Shown here in pieces: positions 50,317 to 60,222 of a stretch of DNA of 64,000 bases (the first letter of the stretch is position 1; the number at the start of each line of letters is the position of its first letter). Source of the stretch: Pseudomonadota bacterium. Lineage in GTDB: Bacteria; Bdellovibrionota; Bdellovibrionia; Bdellovibrionales; SG-bin7. The DNA lies in NCBI GenBank assembly GCA_034439715.1, contig JAWXAY010000100.1, forward strand, positions 55,353 through 119,352. Direction: 5' to 3'. A model generated the notes under the pieces. It did no database searches. It worked only from the letters and a program-made list of their open reading frames with translations, and had not been told where the DNA came from. The position numbers were made by a program, and so were the translations under genes.

Positions 50317-50790
50317 ATGAAAAAACAAGTTTTAGCAATAATCGTCTTTGGTTTTGCGTTGTTGGCTATGTTTCAAAACTGCGGACCTAATCCCATTGCT
50401 TTTAACTCCGGCGAAACTGGGCTCACTAAGGTTAGCCTCTCTAGCGCACCCGATGGCGAATCTACTTCTACAGACGATGATCAATCGGTTGATGACTCGG
50501 ACGTTGATCAATCGGTTGATGACTCGGACGATGATGCTGATTCTGCCGGTCTCAACTATATTTGTATTCTTGAAGGTCCGGGCAAGTCAGTAGCTGCGGG
50601 ATATAGCCAGGGTGCTCTTGATGGTCAAAACTCTACACCCGGAGTAGTATGTATGTCTCAATCAGCTTGTAAAGACCTCATCAGCAAAAAATTCACTGTT
50701 AAGGGACCTGAAAAACGTGGCTATTGCCCCAACAAAAACAAACACGTTGTACCCCTGTCAAATGAACAAATTGCTGATCTTGTAAAATAA
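50317..50790 (+). CDS. lipoprotein with FQNC signal, hypothetical
   Basis: FQNC lipobox variant, acidic linker, 4 Cys in the C-terminal domain. Confidence 0.75.
   Translation: MKKQVLAIIVFGFALLAMFQNCGPNPIAFNSGETGLTKVSLSSAPDGESTSTDDDQSVDDSDVDQSVDDSDDDADSAGLNYICILEGPGKSVAAGYSQGALDGQNSTPGVVCMSQSACKDLISKKFTVKGPEKRGYCPNKNKHVVPLSNEQIADLVK
50473..50535 (+). repeat. 27-bp in-frame tandem duplication
   Basis: GACG(A/T)TGATCAATCGGTTGATGACTCG x2, encoding DxDQSVDDS. Confidence 0.9.
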
Positions 50791-50845
50791 GATTAGTCGA
50801 CATTATTTAACTCGTCGGCCAATAAGCGATAACGTCAGCCTTTTG

Positions 50846-51592
50846 CTATTCACGATGAATTGCAAAAGGCGCAAAGGCTTGCTGAACCGGCATCATTGAA
50901 ATTACATTTATGTTTACATGTGCTGGCCGCGACACTACCCAATGTACTGTTTCTGCAATATCCTCTGAAGTTATAGGCACGACACCCTTATAAATGGACT
51001 CAGCTTTTGCTTTATCACCTTTAAAGCGAACGTCAGAAAATTCCGTACCCCCACACATACCCGGTTCAATACAAGTTACTCGCAACGCTGTGCCGAGGAG
51101 ATCAGCTCGGAGATTGAGACTAAACTGATGCACAAACGCTTTCGTGGCGCCGTACACATTTCCATTGGGGTATGGAAATTCTCCGGCCACTGATCCCAAG
51201 TTTACGATATGCCCTCTGTTTCTAGCAATCATCCCGGGCAATATCGCATGCGTGCAATTCAGAAGTCCTTTTATATTAGTGTCGACCATTGTTTCCCAAT
51301 CAGAGAGCAAAGATTTTTGCGCAGGCTCCATGCCCAAGGCAAGACCGGCATTATTTATCAGAACGTCGATTTTACTAAATTTTTCTGGCAGAGTCTTAAT
51401 AGATTGAATGACCGCATTTTTATCTTGAACATCTAAAACTAGAGGATGCACTTTATCGCCAAAATCTCTTTGCAGGGACTGCAACTTCTCTATTCTGCGT
51501 CCGCTCGCAACCACAAGGTCTCCGTTAAGCGCAAAGTGCTTGACCATCATCGCCCCGAAACCGGCAGTTGCTCCTGTAATAAAAATCACCAT
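50846..51592 (-). CDS. ydfG: SDR oxidoreductase (YdfG-like 3-hydroxy acid dehydrogenase)
   Basis: TGATAGFG, NNAGLALG, YGATK, GTEFS.VRF, PAHVNIN. Confidence 0.85.
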   Translation of the reverse strand: MVIFITGATAGFGAMMVKHFALNGDLVVASGRRIEKLQSLQRDFGDKVHPLVLDVQDKNAVIQSIKTLPEKFSKIDVLINNAGLALGMEPAQKSLLSDWETMVDTNIKGLLNCTHAILPGMIARNRGHIVNLGSVAGEFPYPNGNVYGATKAFVHQFSLNLRADLLGTALRVTCIEPGMCGGTEFSDVRFKGDKAKAESIYKGVVPITSEDIAETVHWVVSRPAHVNINVISMMPVQQAFAPFAIHRE

Positions 51593-51823
51593 AAGTCATA
51601 CTATGAAACTGGTGTGAAAATGCAAATCTTTTAATGTCCGTTGCTCAAATCTTGATATCTGCTGTCCTGGTGCTTTTTAGCAAGAAACGCGGGTACATTT
51701 GCCCCGCTCGGGGTACGAATTTGTACTCTCTTGAGTTTCTTTAAACATTTTTCAAAAATGAGTTTCTTTAGTCAAATTTATTGATTGGTGGTAGAAGGTT
51801 CAACAATACAGGGGGGGCTCTCT

Positions 51824-52429
51824 ATGTCTAATAATTTTCTACTAGCTGTAATTTTGGTTTTTTCGATGACTGCCTGCACGCGGTCTACAAGCAAGCTCGT
51901 GAAGGAACAACAAGATAAAGTTAATAATACCCCCTTGCCTGATGACAAACTATCCGAAAATGGTGATGCTGTTACATACACATCGATAAAGGCCTTTAAT
52001 TGCCGACTGTCAGTTTTAACCTTCAATAAAGTTATTGTTAATGCTGAGGCTGATGAAATTGATTTTAATGCCCATGATAAAAATAAAAATTTATATACGA
52101 CATCTGAGTTCGCTGAGCACTGCGTAGGAATTTCTCGGGCAGGGGATAGACAATTTCTTGTTACCGATTTTTTTAACTTTAATAATTCGACATTTGCAGC
52201 TCAAGTAAGATTTGAAATTATTCGATCTTCGAGTCCTCTAAATTATTTTTATCAATATAGAACACAACTCTACAATCGACAGGGAGATCAAGTTTTTCCT
52301 ATTGGATCAGAAATCAACTATTGGATTGGTGGTAAAACATATTCACCTGTAAGTTGGGAGGGCTGGATTAATCAGGGGCCTGATAAATATCTGTTGATGT
52401 GTGAACCAGTGAAGGCTTGTGTTAAATGA
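51824..52429 (+). CDS. lipoprotein, hypothetical
   Basis: Lipobox MTAC. Confidence 0.65.
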   Translation: MSNNFLLAVILVFSMTACTRSTSKLVKEQQDKVNNTPLPDDKLSENGDAVTYTSIKAFNCRLSVLTFNKVIVNAEADEIDFNAHDKNKNLYTTSEFAEHCVGISRAGDRQFLVTDFFNFNNSTFAAQVRFEIIRSSSPLNYFYQYRTQLYNRQGDQVFPIGSEINYWIGGKTYSPVSWEGWINQGPDKYLLMCEPVKACVK

Positions 52430-52869
52430 ATAAAATTGTATTTTTAATAATTTCACTCGGAACCTCTTTAACAACATTTGCTGCTGTTCCCGCGGGGCCC
52501 TGTGCTGATTTTTCTGGATCTTATAAAGCTGCTGAAGCTCCGAATCTATCTATGATTACTTTGGCGCAACAGAATTGTGAAAACATCTCCTTTGACTTCG
52601 ATGGAAAAAGTTTGCTGTGTTATTTAGACAGTCAAAGTAGGGTGATAAAAAATGATACTTTAATTAAAGTTATTCAGGCAGGAAAAATTAATCAAAAGTA
52701 TATGATGATTTTTTTAACTGTCGCCTATTATAGATTAAATGGACCTCAACAGAAAGAATCAATCTTATTATTTGAAAAATCCAGTACAGGCGAAGTCTGG
52801 CTTACTTTCAAAGGTGATGTTCCAGATGAAGTTGTTGCCGAAAGAAAGTATAGTCTTATAAGACAGTAA
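52426..52869 (+). CDS. secreted hypothetical protein
   Basis: Signal peptide, CADFSGSY motif, ATGA overlap with the upstream gene. Confidence 0.65.
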   Translation: MNKIVFLIISLGTSLTTFAAVPAGPCADFSGSYKAAEAPNLSMITLAQQNCENISFDFDGKSLLCYLDSQSRVIKNDTLIKVIQAGKINQKYMMIFLTVAYYRLNGPQQKESILLFEKSSTGEVWLTFKGDVPDEVVAERKYSLIRQ

Positions 52870-52932
52870 TTATATACAGTTGGACTGATTAGCTCTGCGC
52901 TTGGCATCTCGACAAGTAGAAAAACGGCACCA

Positions 52933-53284
52933 ATGACTATTAAAAATTTAATCACCACAACCCGACGTGCCCTTCGAGGCGAGAATCACGATTACACGCA
53001 AGGGGACATCTCCGAGGCTGTCATTTTACTTGCTATTCCCATGATTCTTGAACTCAGTCTTGAAAGTGTATTTGCCTTGGTCGATATTTGGGAGTGGCAG
53101 GAGCCTACTTCGCAGAGGATATTTGCGTTTGATGGGGGCGAGCCCTGAAGTGGTGGCAGAGGGGACGTCCTTTGCTCAAATCATGTTGGGCGGGAGCACC
53201 GTGATTGTCCTATTATTTCTGATTAACGGTATTTTTCGAGGCGCGGGAAACCCCGCAATGGCGATGAAAAGTCTTTGAATAGCC
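52933..53284 (+). pseudogene. MATE efflux transporter remnant
   Basis: DYTQG....V.LLAIPMILE..LESVFA.VD, then an internal deletion, a frameshift near 53122, LMGA...FLINGIFRGAGN...AM, and TGA where W is expected. Confidence 0.8.
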
Positions 53285-53294
53285 CGTGTGTTCG

Positions 53295-54470
53295 TCAATG
53301 CATTTGGATGACGACTTTTCGATACTCCTCTTTCGAATCATTAAATTTCTTATAAGCTTCGGGACCTTCACTAATATTAATTCGGTGACTTATAATGATT
53401 GATGGATCTATTTTGTCGTCGAGAATATATTTAAGAAGCAGTGGCATATACTTTTGCGTGTGCGTCTGCCCCATATTAAACTTTAAACCTTTGGCGAATG
53501 CTGCTCCGAAAGGAATTTTATCAAGCATGGCAGCATACACGCCCGGTACAGAAACAGTTCCACATTTCCGACAGGACTGAATGGCTTGCCTCAATACATC
53601 CGGTCGATCAGTCGCCAGTCCAACTTTCGTCTTAGCTTGATCTATAATTGCTGTGATTGAATGGCCATGAGCTTCTAGTCCAACTGCATCTAAGCATGAA
53701 TCTGGCCCTACACCGCCCGTCAAGTAGTTGATTTCATCAAGTATACCATCATGTGTTTCGTCAAAATTTATACATTCTGCACCAGCCTTCGCTGAGAGTT
53801 CCAATCGAGCTTTAATATGATCAATCGATAGAACTCTTTCTGCGCCTTGCAAAAAAGCACTTCGAATTGCCATTTGTCCGACGGGGCCCGCTCCCCAGAT
53901 AGCTACAGTGTCGCCAGGTTTAATGTTGCAGTTTTCTGCCGCCATCCAACCGGTAGGAAATATATCACTTAAAAAAATAACTTTTTCATCATCGATACCT
54001 TTTGGAATAACTAAGGAGTTGGTGTCCGCGTAGGGGACTCTTAAATATTCAGCTTGGCCGCCCGCATACCCACCATTCATGTGAGAAAAACCAAAAAGAC
54101 CAGCACCGCCGTGCCCATACATTTTATCTGCCAAATACCGACTGGGATTAGAATTGTCGCACGCGGAAAACTCCTTGTTTGTGCAGTGATGACAGTGCCC
54201 ACAGCCAATATCAAATGAGACTACAATTCTATCGCCCACTTTCAATTTTTTAACAGTCGATCCGATTTCAACCACCTCACCCATGTTCTCGTGTCCAAGA
54301 ATGTCGCCCTTTTTCATGGTAGGGACATAACCATTTTAAAGATGAAGATCGGAGCCGCAAATGGCTGCTGTGGTAATTTTAATGATGAAATCATCAGGTC
54401 GTAATATCTTTGGATTACGAACATCTTTAACTGCGACCGTTTGTTTTCCTTCCCAACATAATGCTTTCAT
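53295..54470 (-). pseudogene. Zn-dependent alcohol/formaldehyde dehydrogenase with premature stop
   Basis: MKALCWEG...[24 protein letters not shown]; in-frame TAA at 54336-54338, rest intact. Confidence 0.85.
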
Positions 54471-54483
54471 TTAACATCCTCGC

Positions 54484-55080
54484 TTAGTGTTTCAAATCTG
54501 GGGACTGATCTTCATCTCTTCCGCTTGATTGTCCGTCGATCGTCGGGACGTGCCCGGTTTCACAAAAAGATTTTAATCGTTGAAGGGTCTTCCTGGTTAT
54601 GGTGTCCGCGCTTTTGCCAAAAAGTTTTTCAATTTTGCTAACAAAATCTCCAGTGGCTCCCTCATAGCTCGTTTTCATACGCACTATGGTTCCACGGTTG
54701 GCCTGAGCCGGACTTATTTCAATAGCAACAGCGTACTTAAAACCGGCACCGTCCTCAGTAGTGTATAGGAGTTTGTGTTTGCCAATAGATTTAAGTTTGA
54801 TAATGACAGCAAGATCGGAGTCAATTTCGTCTCGATTTTTAAAATGCCATTTATATAGAGAATTTCCCGCGAATTCGACTTTCTCCAGGTTTTCAAGAAA
54901 GTAAGGAAAGTTTTTAATCTGGTTCAGCAACTTGAAAACTTTTGCGCCTGGCATTTGAATTGTTTCAGACATGGGCCGCTTATTTGGGTTTCGATCATGT
55001 ATTCTAGAATTAAAAACATGTTGGGAACTTTTGACTTTATTTTCATTAATTAAATGAGATCTTGAAAGTTCATTAGACAT
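54484..55080 (-). CDS. SRPBCC (cyclase/dehydrase-like) protein
   Basis: NFP.F...LE.V, RGT.V, L.RLK...ETG.VPT..GQ.SGR. Confidence 0.75.
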   Translation of the reverse strand: MSNELSRSHLINENKVKSSQHVFNSRIHDRNPNKRPMSETIQMPGAKVFKLLNQIKNFPYFLENLEKVEFAGNSLYKWHFKNRDEIDSDLAVIIKLKSIGKHKLLYTTEDGAGFKYAVAIEISPAQANRGTIVRMKTSYEGATGDFVSKIEKLFGKSADTITRKTLQRLKSFCETGHVPTIDGQSSGRDEDQSPDLKH

Positions 55081-55118
55081 ATTGATTCCTCACACCGACC
55101 GTATTTGGCCGATCCTGT

Positions 55119-55454
55119 TTAGGCTGGTGACTGACTGTCAGAACCATGGGTTTTCACAATTTTATTGTAAAGCCCAAGCATTAAAAAAGAGGGAGCCCAA
55201 AGTCCAACAAAGTTAGCTAAATCCCTGCGTTTTGATGACGCCGCCAAGGCAGCGGATATCACCATCGAGCCGATGGACAGTGCAAGATAAAAGCCTGAAG
55301 GAATTTTAGACGTTTGATTTTCGATAACCTTTGTTACTTTGCCCTCTTGATGATCCTCATTCATGGTTAACAGATCGTCGGCTTTTTCCATTAGAGATCC
55401 CATTCCATTTAAAGATTGGTTCGGACTTTTAGATAAATTTTGATACTGTTCCAT
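55119..55454 (-). CDS. small membrane stress-type protein
   Basis: AGGAG RBS; EG.VT..IE.QT.KIPS, FVG.WAP.F...GLYNK.VK. Confidence 0.75.
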   Translation of the reverse strand: MEQYQNLSKSPNQSLNGMGSLMEKADDLLTMNEDHQEGKVTKVIENQTSKIPSGFYLALSIGSMVISAALAASSKRRDLANFVGLWAPSFLMLGLYNKIVKTHGSDSQSPA

Positions 55455-55508
55455 AAGAACTCCTTTATTTTTTATTGGCGACAAGGACAAGGTGGCCAAC
55501 AATCAATC

Positions 55509-55524
55509 TGCAAAGGCCTGGCCA
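55509..55524 (-). promoter_or_regulatory. putative sigma54 promoter
   Basis: TGGCCA-N5-TTGCA on the minus strand upstream of the 55454 operon. Confidence 0.6.
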
Positions 55525-55648
55525 TTATATAAGATTGTCTGTGGCGAACTGAAGCGCCTTAATAGCGAGAGCGCATTTTGGGGGGTCAAAAAGCACAACT
55601 TGATGAGGAGAGTGTACCCATCCCCAATCCCATGCTGTTTTTAGCACG

Positions 55649-55852
55649 CTATGTTGTAAAACCCAAGCGATCAGCTTCACTCATTTTTTTCAGAACTATC
55701 GAAATGGTTTCAGAATCAATGTTTGCCTGCCTCATGAGTGATTGAGCTTTATTGAAGTTATCTGAATCAATGGCATCAAAAAAGTCATCGACCTTATTTA
55801 TTTCGGCAAGCTTCTCAAGTACTAATGTGCCTTCAAAATCATTTTCGTCCAT
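55649..55852 (-). CDS. small acidic hypothetical protein
   Basis: MDENDFEGTLVLEKLAE... 67-aa helical ORF. Confidence 0.55.
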   Translation of the reverse strand: MDENDFEGTLVLEKLAEINKVDDFFDAIDSDNFNKAQSLMRQANIDSETISIVLKKMSEADRLGFTT

Positions 55853-55912
55853 ATCCACTTTAAATCTTCCATGGCCTGCTAGTTGAAATTTGCTCAACGG
55901 TGTTATGAGCTC

Positions 55913-56116
55913 TTAATTTCCGTCCCGGATTTCAGGTTCAACCAATTGAGTCAGCAAATTGAGCGACTGTTGCCATCCCAGGTAACACATCTCTGCTGGA
56001 ATCACATCTGGAATTCCCTCTTAAGTAACTTTTAGCTCAGTGCCACAAATAACTTTGCGAAAAGTGACCGTAACTTGCATTTCGCCCGGCATATTTGGGT
56101 CATCGAACTTATCCGT
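55913..56116 (-). pseudogene. SRPBCC family C-terminal remnant
   Basis: TDKFDDPNMPGEMQVTVTF...GTEL.VT*EGIP.VIP.EMCYLGWQQSL; TAA at 56021-56023; N-terminal half absent. Confidence 0.8.
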
Positions 56117-56200
56117 GATGTTCCTATTACTCTTGCCTTTGAAGCATGTTAATCTCCCCAACACCTTTCACAGTGGTGGGGCCAGGAGACCCTTAAATAG

Positions 56201-56836
56201 ATGATAAAGACAAAAAATCCGCGAGAGACTCATCCCTACGGACATTTTGTTCCAAAAGACATGTCCATTTTGCTTTTAGGAAGCTTTCCTATAGGGCAAT
56301 TCACAAATCCAAAACGTCGACGCCAAATAAATCCTGAAACAGAAATTGATTTCAATTATGGCGGAGCGAAAAACCAATTTTGGCGAATTATTGAAAAATG
56401 TTTTGATGAGAAATTAAATTCTGTTGATGCGATTCAAAATTTTTTAACGAAAAATAAAATGGGTCTAGCAGATGTGATCGAATCTTGTCGCCGTAAAAGC
56501 GGTAGCTCAGCAGACAGTGACTTATACGATATTAATTTTAATCCACATTTGGAAAAGCTACTGACTATTTCCACGTTAAGAACTGTGTTATTCACTTCTA
56601 AAAATGTCGAACGTTGGTTTTTTAAACACTGGCAACTCCCACAACAAATAAAAGGAATTGTTTTGATTTCACCCTCAGGTCGAGCATTAGCGAGCCTAGT
56701 TCAGAACGCCGATTATAAAAAATGGCGAATTGTGAATCCTAGTGGAACCCCTACAGAATTTAGGCTTTTCGACTATGAAAGAAAATTGACTTTAGTGGGT
56801 ATGCTTTCTGCCGAAAGTGTCGTTTTACCTCGGTAA
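56201..56836 (+). CDS. uracil-DNA glycosylase superfamily protein (MUG/hypoxanthine glycosylase-like)
   Basis: HP, LLGSFP, Y....NQFW, S.DS.L, SPSG. Confidence 0.8.
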   Translation: MIKTKNPRETHPYGHFVPKDMSILLLGSFPIGQFTNPKRRRQINPETEIDFNYGGAKNQFWRIIEKCFDEKLNSVDAIQNFLTKNKMGLADVIESCRRKSGSSADSDLYDINFNPHLEKLLTISTLRTVLFTSKNVERWFFKHWQLPQQIKGIVLISPSGRALASLVQNADYKKWRIVNPSGTPTEFRLFDYERKLTLVGMLSAESVVLPR

Positions 56837-56901
56837 CGGGGAAAATCTCCTCGGTTCCCAACTTTATTCTAATCTAAAGTGGTCAATACCAACCGAGAGC
56901 A

Positions 56902-56917
56902 TGGCCCTGCTATTGCA
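56902..56917 (+). promoter_or_regulatory. putative sigma54 promoter
   Basis: TGGCCC-N5-TTGCA about 25 bp before the ATG at 56942, which has a GGAGG RBS. Confidence 0.6.
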
Positions 56918-56941
56918 ACTGGGATTATATGGAGGATTATT

Positions 56942-57913
56942 ATGAAAGCAAAATCTCCACAAATCAGATCCAGGAAAAAGGTCATTCGTAGGTCGAGAAA
57001 AGTTAGCCCGAAAAAACTTCCGGCGTACAGCCTTAAGGATAAAGTGGCAATTGTAACTGGAGCGGGTACGGGGATTGGCGAAGCCACTGCTCATAAGTTT
57101 GCGAGCCTTGGTGCCAAAGTGGTTTGTGCGGGGCTGCCTGGTGACCCCCTTGGTGATGTTGTTGCAGCGATCAGGCGTCGTGGTCATGAAGCGATCGCTT
57201 TTGAGGGCGATCTTTCCAATCTCGAAATTTCAGCGGCCTGCGTACAATTTACCATTAAAAATTTTGGGAAGCTTCATATTTTAGTGAACAACGCCGGTAT
57301 AGCGATTTCAAATACCGAGCACACTGAAGAAGTGACCGAAGAAATTTTTATGCGCACGGTGCGAAATAACATCTTCTCGGTTTTTTACATGACGCGCGCG
57401 GCATTACCTGAACTTAAAAAGACTCAAGGGGTGTTGCTTGCAACAGGTTCTGTAGCTGGCTTAAAAGGTGAACCCGGTGATACCGTTTATGGTGGCACGA
57501 AAGGTTTTGTGCACTCTTTCATGCAGGGAATCGCAATCGAACATGCTCCCCATGGAATTCGGGTGAACTGCGTTTGTCCAGGGGCTATCGATACAGGTCT
57601 CGCTCGTCGTGGGCATTCGGCCATGACAAAGGTTGATGAAAAGGAAATGATTGAAGGCATACCAATGCGGCGGCTTGGAACTCCTGAAGAGATTGCGAAT
57701 GTCTTTGCGTTTTTAGCATCTGATCTTGCGACTTACGTAAGCGGAGCACTTTGGCCGGTCGATGGAGCCTACACGCTTGGTCTGGGAGCTACTGAAGATG
57801 TGCCGTCGAGTGTAAAACGTCGGCCCCGGGGAGTGCTGGATGCAGTTTTGCGGCACTCAATTGATGGCGGGTATAAGAAGAACAATCCGGAGCCGCGAGA
57901 GAAGTTGGCTTAA
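56942..57913 (+). CDS. SDR family oxidoreductase
   Basis: TGAGTGIG, NNAG, YGGTK, RVNCVCPG, VDG. Confidence 0.92.
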   Translation: MKAKSPQIRSRKKVIRRSRKVSPKKLPAYSLKDKVAIVTGAGTGIGEATAHKFASLGAKVVCAGLPGDPLGDVVAAIRRRGHEAIAFEGDLSNLEISAACVQFTIKNFGKLHILVNNAGIAISNTEHTEEVTEEIFMRTVRNNIFSVFYMTRAALPELKKTQGVLLATGSVAGLKGEPGDTVYGGTKGFVHSFMQGIAIEHAPHGIRVNCVCPGAIDTGLARRGHSAMTKVDEKEMIEGIPMRRLGTPEEIANVFAFLASDLATYVSGALWPVDGAYTLGLGATEDVPSSVKRRPRGVLDAVLRHSIDGGYKKNNPEPREKLA

Positions 57914-58219
57914 AAATGACTTAAATTCGGCAAATGCCTTTTTATTCTTGGCAGCGCTCACAATAATGGCTGAGGCGCTCTAACTTTCCAGTGACTTTTC
58001 TCGTAACTAGCCCCTCGCAGTTGGGGGTCCGAAAAGAAAAGCCGGTTAGTTGCGAATTATGGGAGTAACTGGATCTCCGAACTCACTCTTGTAGTATTCA
58101 GAAATCAGTTTATGCTTCTGTTCGATAAGAACTAAATCGTTCATCGCAACGGTCATATTACGCGATTTAGGCAGGTGGCAAAAACAAAATGCGCGCTCTA
58201 AGCTATTGATTCCTTGTGG

Positions 58220-58291
58220 AACCACGGAACCTATTGAACTATTGGGAAAGGTTTCAGCGTAGAAACGAGCTGCTTGCTCGGCATCTTTGTC
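58220..58291 (-). pseudogene. VOC (3-demethylubiquinone-MT/PhnB-like) N-terminal fragment
   Basis: DKDAEQAARFYAETFPNSSIGSV matches the family N-terminus; flanks do not match. Confidence 0.6.
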
Positions 58292-58385
58292 GAGCATCTC
58301 TATACCATTTCTGTATTGCCGCAATTCGTAGTTGTACTTTTGCAAAGTACAACGTAATTTTGAACGTATCTGGGAGGAACTTTTT

Positions 58386-58442
58386 ATGGTGGAAATTCTG
58401 CTCATTGTTCTTTTAGTAGTTGTCATCGTTAAAATCATATAA
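58386..58442 (+). CDS. 18-aa hydrophobic small protein
   Basis: GGGAGG RBS, MVEILLIVLLVVVIVKII*. Confidence 0.55.
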   Translation: MVEILLIVLLVVVIVKII

Positions 58443-58457
58443 GGGCATTGAAATTCA

Positions 58458-59144
58458 ATGCAGCTAACAGTTCGAGGCCTCAGTAAAGTCTACGGGCCCG
58501 ATAAAGGGCTTTTTCCCGTCAGTTTTGACGTCAGGGCAGGCGAGCTTGTTGCTATTGTTGGACACAACGGTGCTGGAAAATCGACTTTATTGAAAATGCT
58601 TTCGAACTGGATTCAGCCAGACAGCGGCGAAATATTGGTCAACGGGTTAAATCTCAAAAATAGGCAAACCGTCGTTAAAACGATCGGTTTTGTACCCGAA
58701 GTGCCAAACCTTTTTGATTTTTTCTCAGTCGGATACAATCTAAAATTCTTTGCACGCCTTTTTGGATCCCCACTTTCTCGCGTCGACGAGATTCTACGAG
58801 AATTTAATCTGATATCGTTTAAAAAAACCAAAGTAAGAACGCTTTCCAAAGGCTTAAGACAAAGAGTTAATATCGGGCGATCGCTCATCGCGAATCCTCC
58901 TTTTTTGCTTTTTGATGAGCCGACGTCGGGACTTGATGTAGATATGACGAGCGAGGTTTACCGAATGATGCTTCAAATGAACAAAGCTGGCAAAACCATT
59001 CTTTTTACGACCCATCGGCCGGAAGAAATTAAAGATCTTGCTACACGGATCCTTGTATTTAACAAAGGGGTTTTGATCTTTGACGGCACCCCCGCAGATT
59101 ATTTTCAGACCTCTTTCTATAAAAACTCATCACCTCGATTGTGA
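58458..59144 (+). CDS. ABC transporter ATP-binding protein
   Basis: GHNGAGKST, LSKG, DEPTSGLD, TTH. Confidence 0.93.
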   Translation: MQLTVRGLSKVYGPDKGLFPVSFDVRAGELVAIVGHNGAGKSTLLKMLSNWIQPDSGEILVNGLNLKNRQTVVKTIGFVPEVPNLFDFFSVGYNLKFFARLFGSPLSRVDEILREFNLISFKKTKVRTLSKGLRQRVNIGRSLIANPPFLLFDEPTSGLDVDMTSEVYRMMLQMNKAGKTILFTTHRPEEIKDLATRILVFNKGVLIFDGTPADYFQTSFYKNSSPRL

Positions 59145-60184
59145 GAAATATTTTTGTTCTCCTCTGCCATGACTTTGCATTTGCGATTAAGAGCAAAAGT
59201 ATTTATCTCGTTCTATTTATTCCACTGTTTGTGTTTGCCTCTGAATATTTGTTAGATCGATCAAAGACTGAAGGCGATAAATTTAAAATAGCCTTAGTCA
59301 GCTCCGATGCCTATTCGTCGCCAATCGCACAAGCGCTTGAACAAGCCGAAAAGGCCGAAAAGAAGATAGTCGAGTTCATAACGGTCAAAAATGAAGCTGA
59401 GGGACGAACATTTTTAAGAGAGCATACCGTGCACGGTGTTGTCGTCCAAGAGGAACCACGATCAAACCAACTGTCTTTGATTGTTTTACGCAAAGACTCT
59501 GCCGAGACGCTCGCAATCGTACAACTTTTTTCAGCGCTGCAGAGGGCCCAGGAGAAAAATAATCCTAGCTGGATCTCTCAAATTACAGGTTTGCGTGAAG
59601 GGGGACTCCAAAGCCTGAATCTAGCGACCTGGATATTGATGCTAGTTCTTCTGGTGGGTTTTATTATTCTTCCCGCTCAAGTCGCCGAAGAAAAAGAAAA
59701 AAAATTAATTTTGGCTGTGCTTCAAACTCCAATTAAAGAAAGCCAATGGCTGCTCAGTAAAATCCTATTTGGAATCGCGTTAAGCATGGCCGCAGTTTTT
59801 TTGCTTATGCTTTTAAGTCAGTTTGTTCCGAATAATTGGCTTGGGTGTCTCGCTTTCATAGCGTTGGGGGGTTATTGCTTTAGCGCGTCTGGAGTCTTCT
59901 TAGGCCTTCTCTGTCGTCATCAGGCCAGTGCCCGAACTTTAGGTTTTATTTTTTATTTACCTCTTCTGTTGCCCTCGGCCTTAGGCGACTTTTCAAAAAA
60001 ATTAACCGCCGTAGCGCCACTTTTACCGTCTTACCAATTCTTTTCGCCACTACATGTTCTTTTGTTTGATGGAACTAACTTGACCGCATTGATTTTTCCT
60101 ATGGCCTATCTGTTTGTTTTGGGCTCAGTTCTCTTGGGTCTTTCATATTTATTGATGCAAAAGCGTTGGCTGATGAACACGTGA
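59141..60184 (+). CDS. ABC-2 type permease
   Basis: About 6 TM, EEKEK....L.TP motif; overlaps the ATPase stop. Confidence 0.88.
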   Translation: MRNIFVLLCHDFAFAIKSKSIYLVLFIPLFVFASEYLLDRSKTEGDKFKIALVSSDAYSSPIAQALEQAEKAEKKIVEFITVKNEAEGRTFLREHTVHGVVVQEEPRSNQLSLIVLRKDSAETLAIVQLFSALQRAQEKNNPSWISQITGLREGGLQSLNLATWILMLVLLVGFIILPAQVAEEKEKKLILAVLQTPIKESQWLLSKILFGIALSMAAVFLLMLLSQFVPNNWLGCLAFIALGGYCFSASGVFLGLLCRHQASARTLGFIFYLPLLLPSALGDFSKKLTAVAPLLPSYQFFSPLHVLLFDGTNLTALIFPMAYLFVLGSVLLGLSYLLMQKRWLMNT

Positions 60185-60222
60185 CGTGCGGGCAAAAAGA
60201 ATTCTTGCCATTTCATGTCAGC

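Noticed and set aside
54336..54338. Programmed recoding (Sec/Pyl) in the ADH
   Set aside because: The stop is TAA at a Tyr position, and many genes in the window end in TAA normally
58046..58438. 130-aa ORF as a real gene
   Set aside because: Looks like a chance chimera: antisense of the small peptide, a VOC fragment and an unidentified tail
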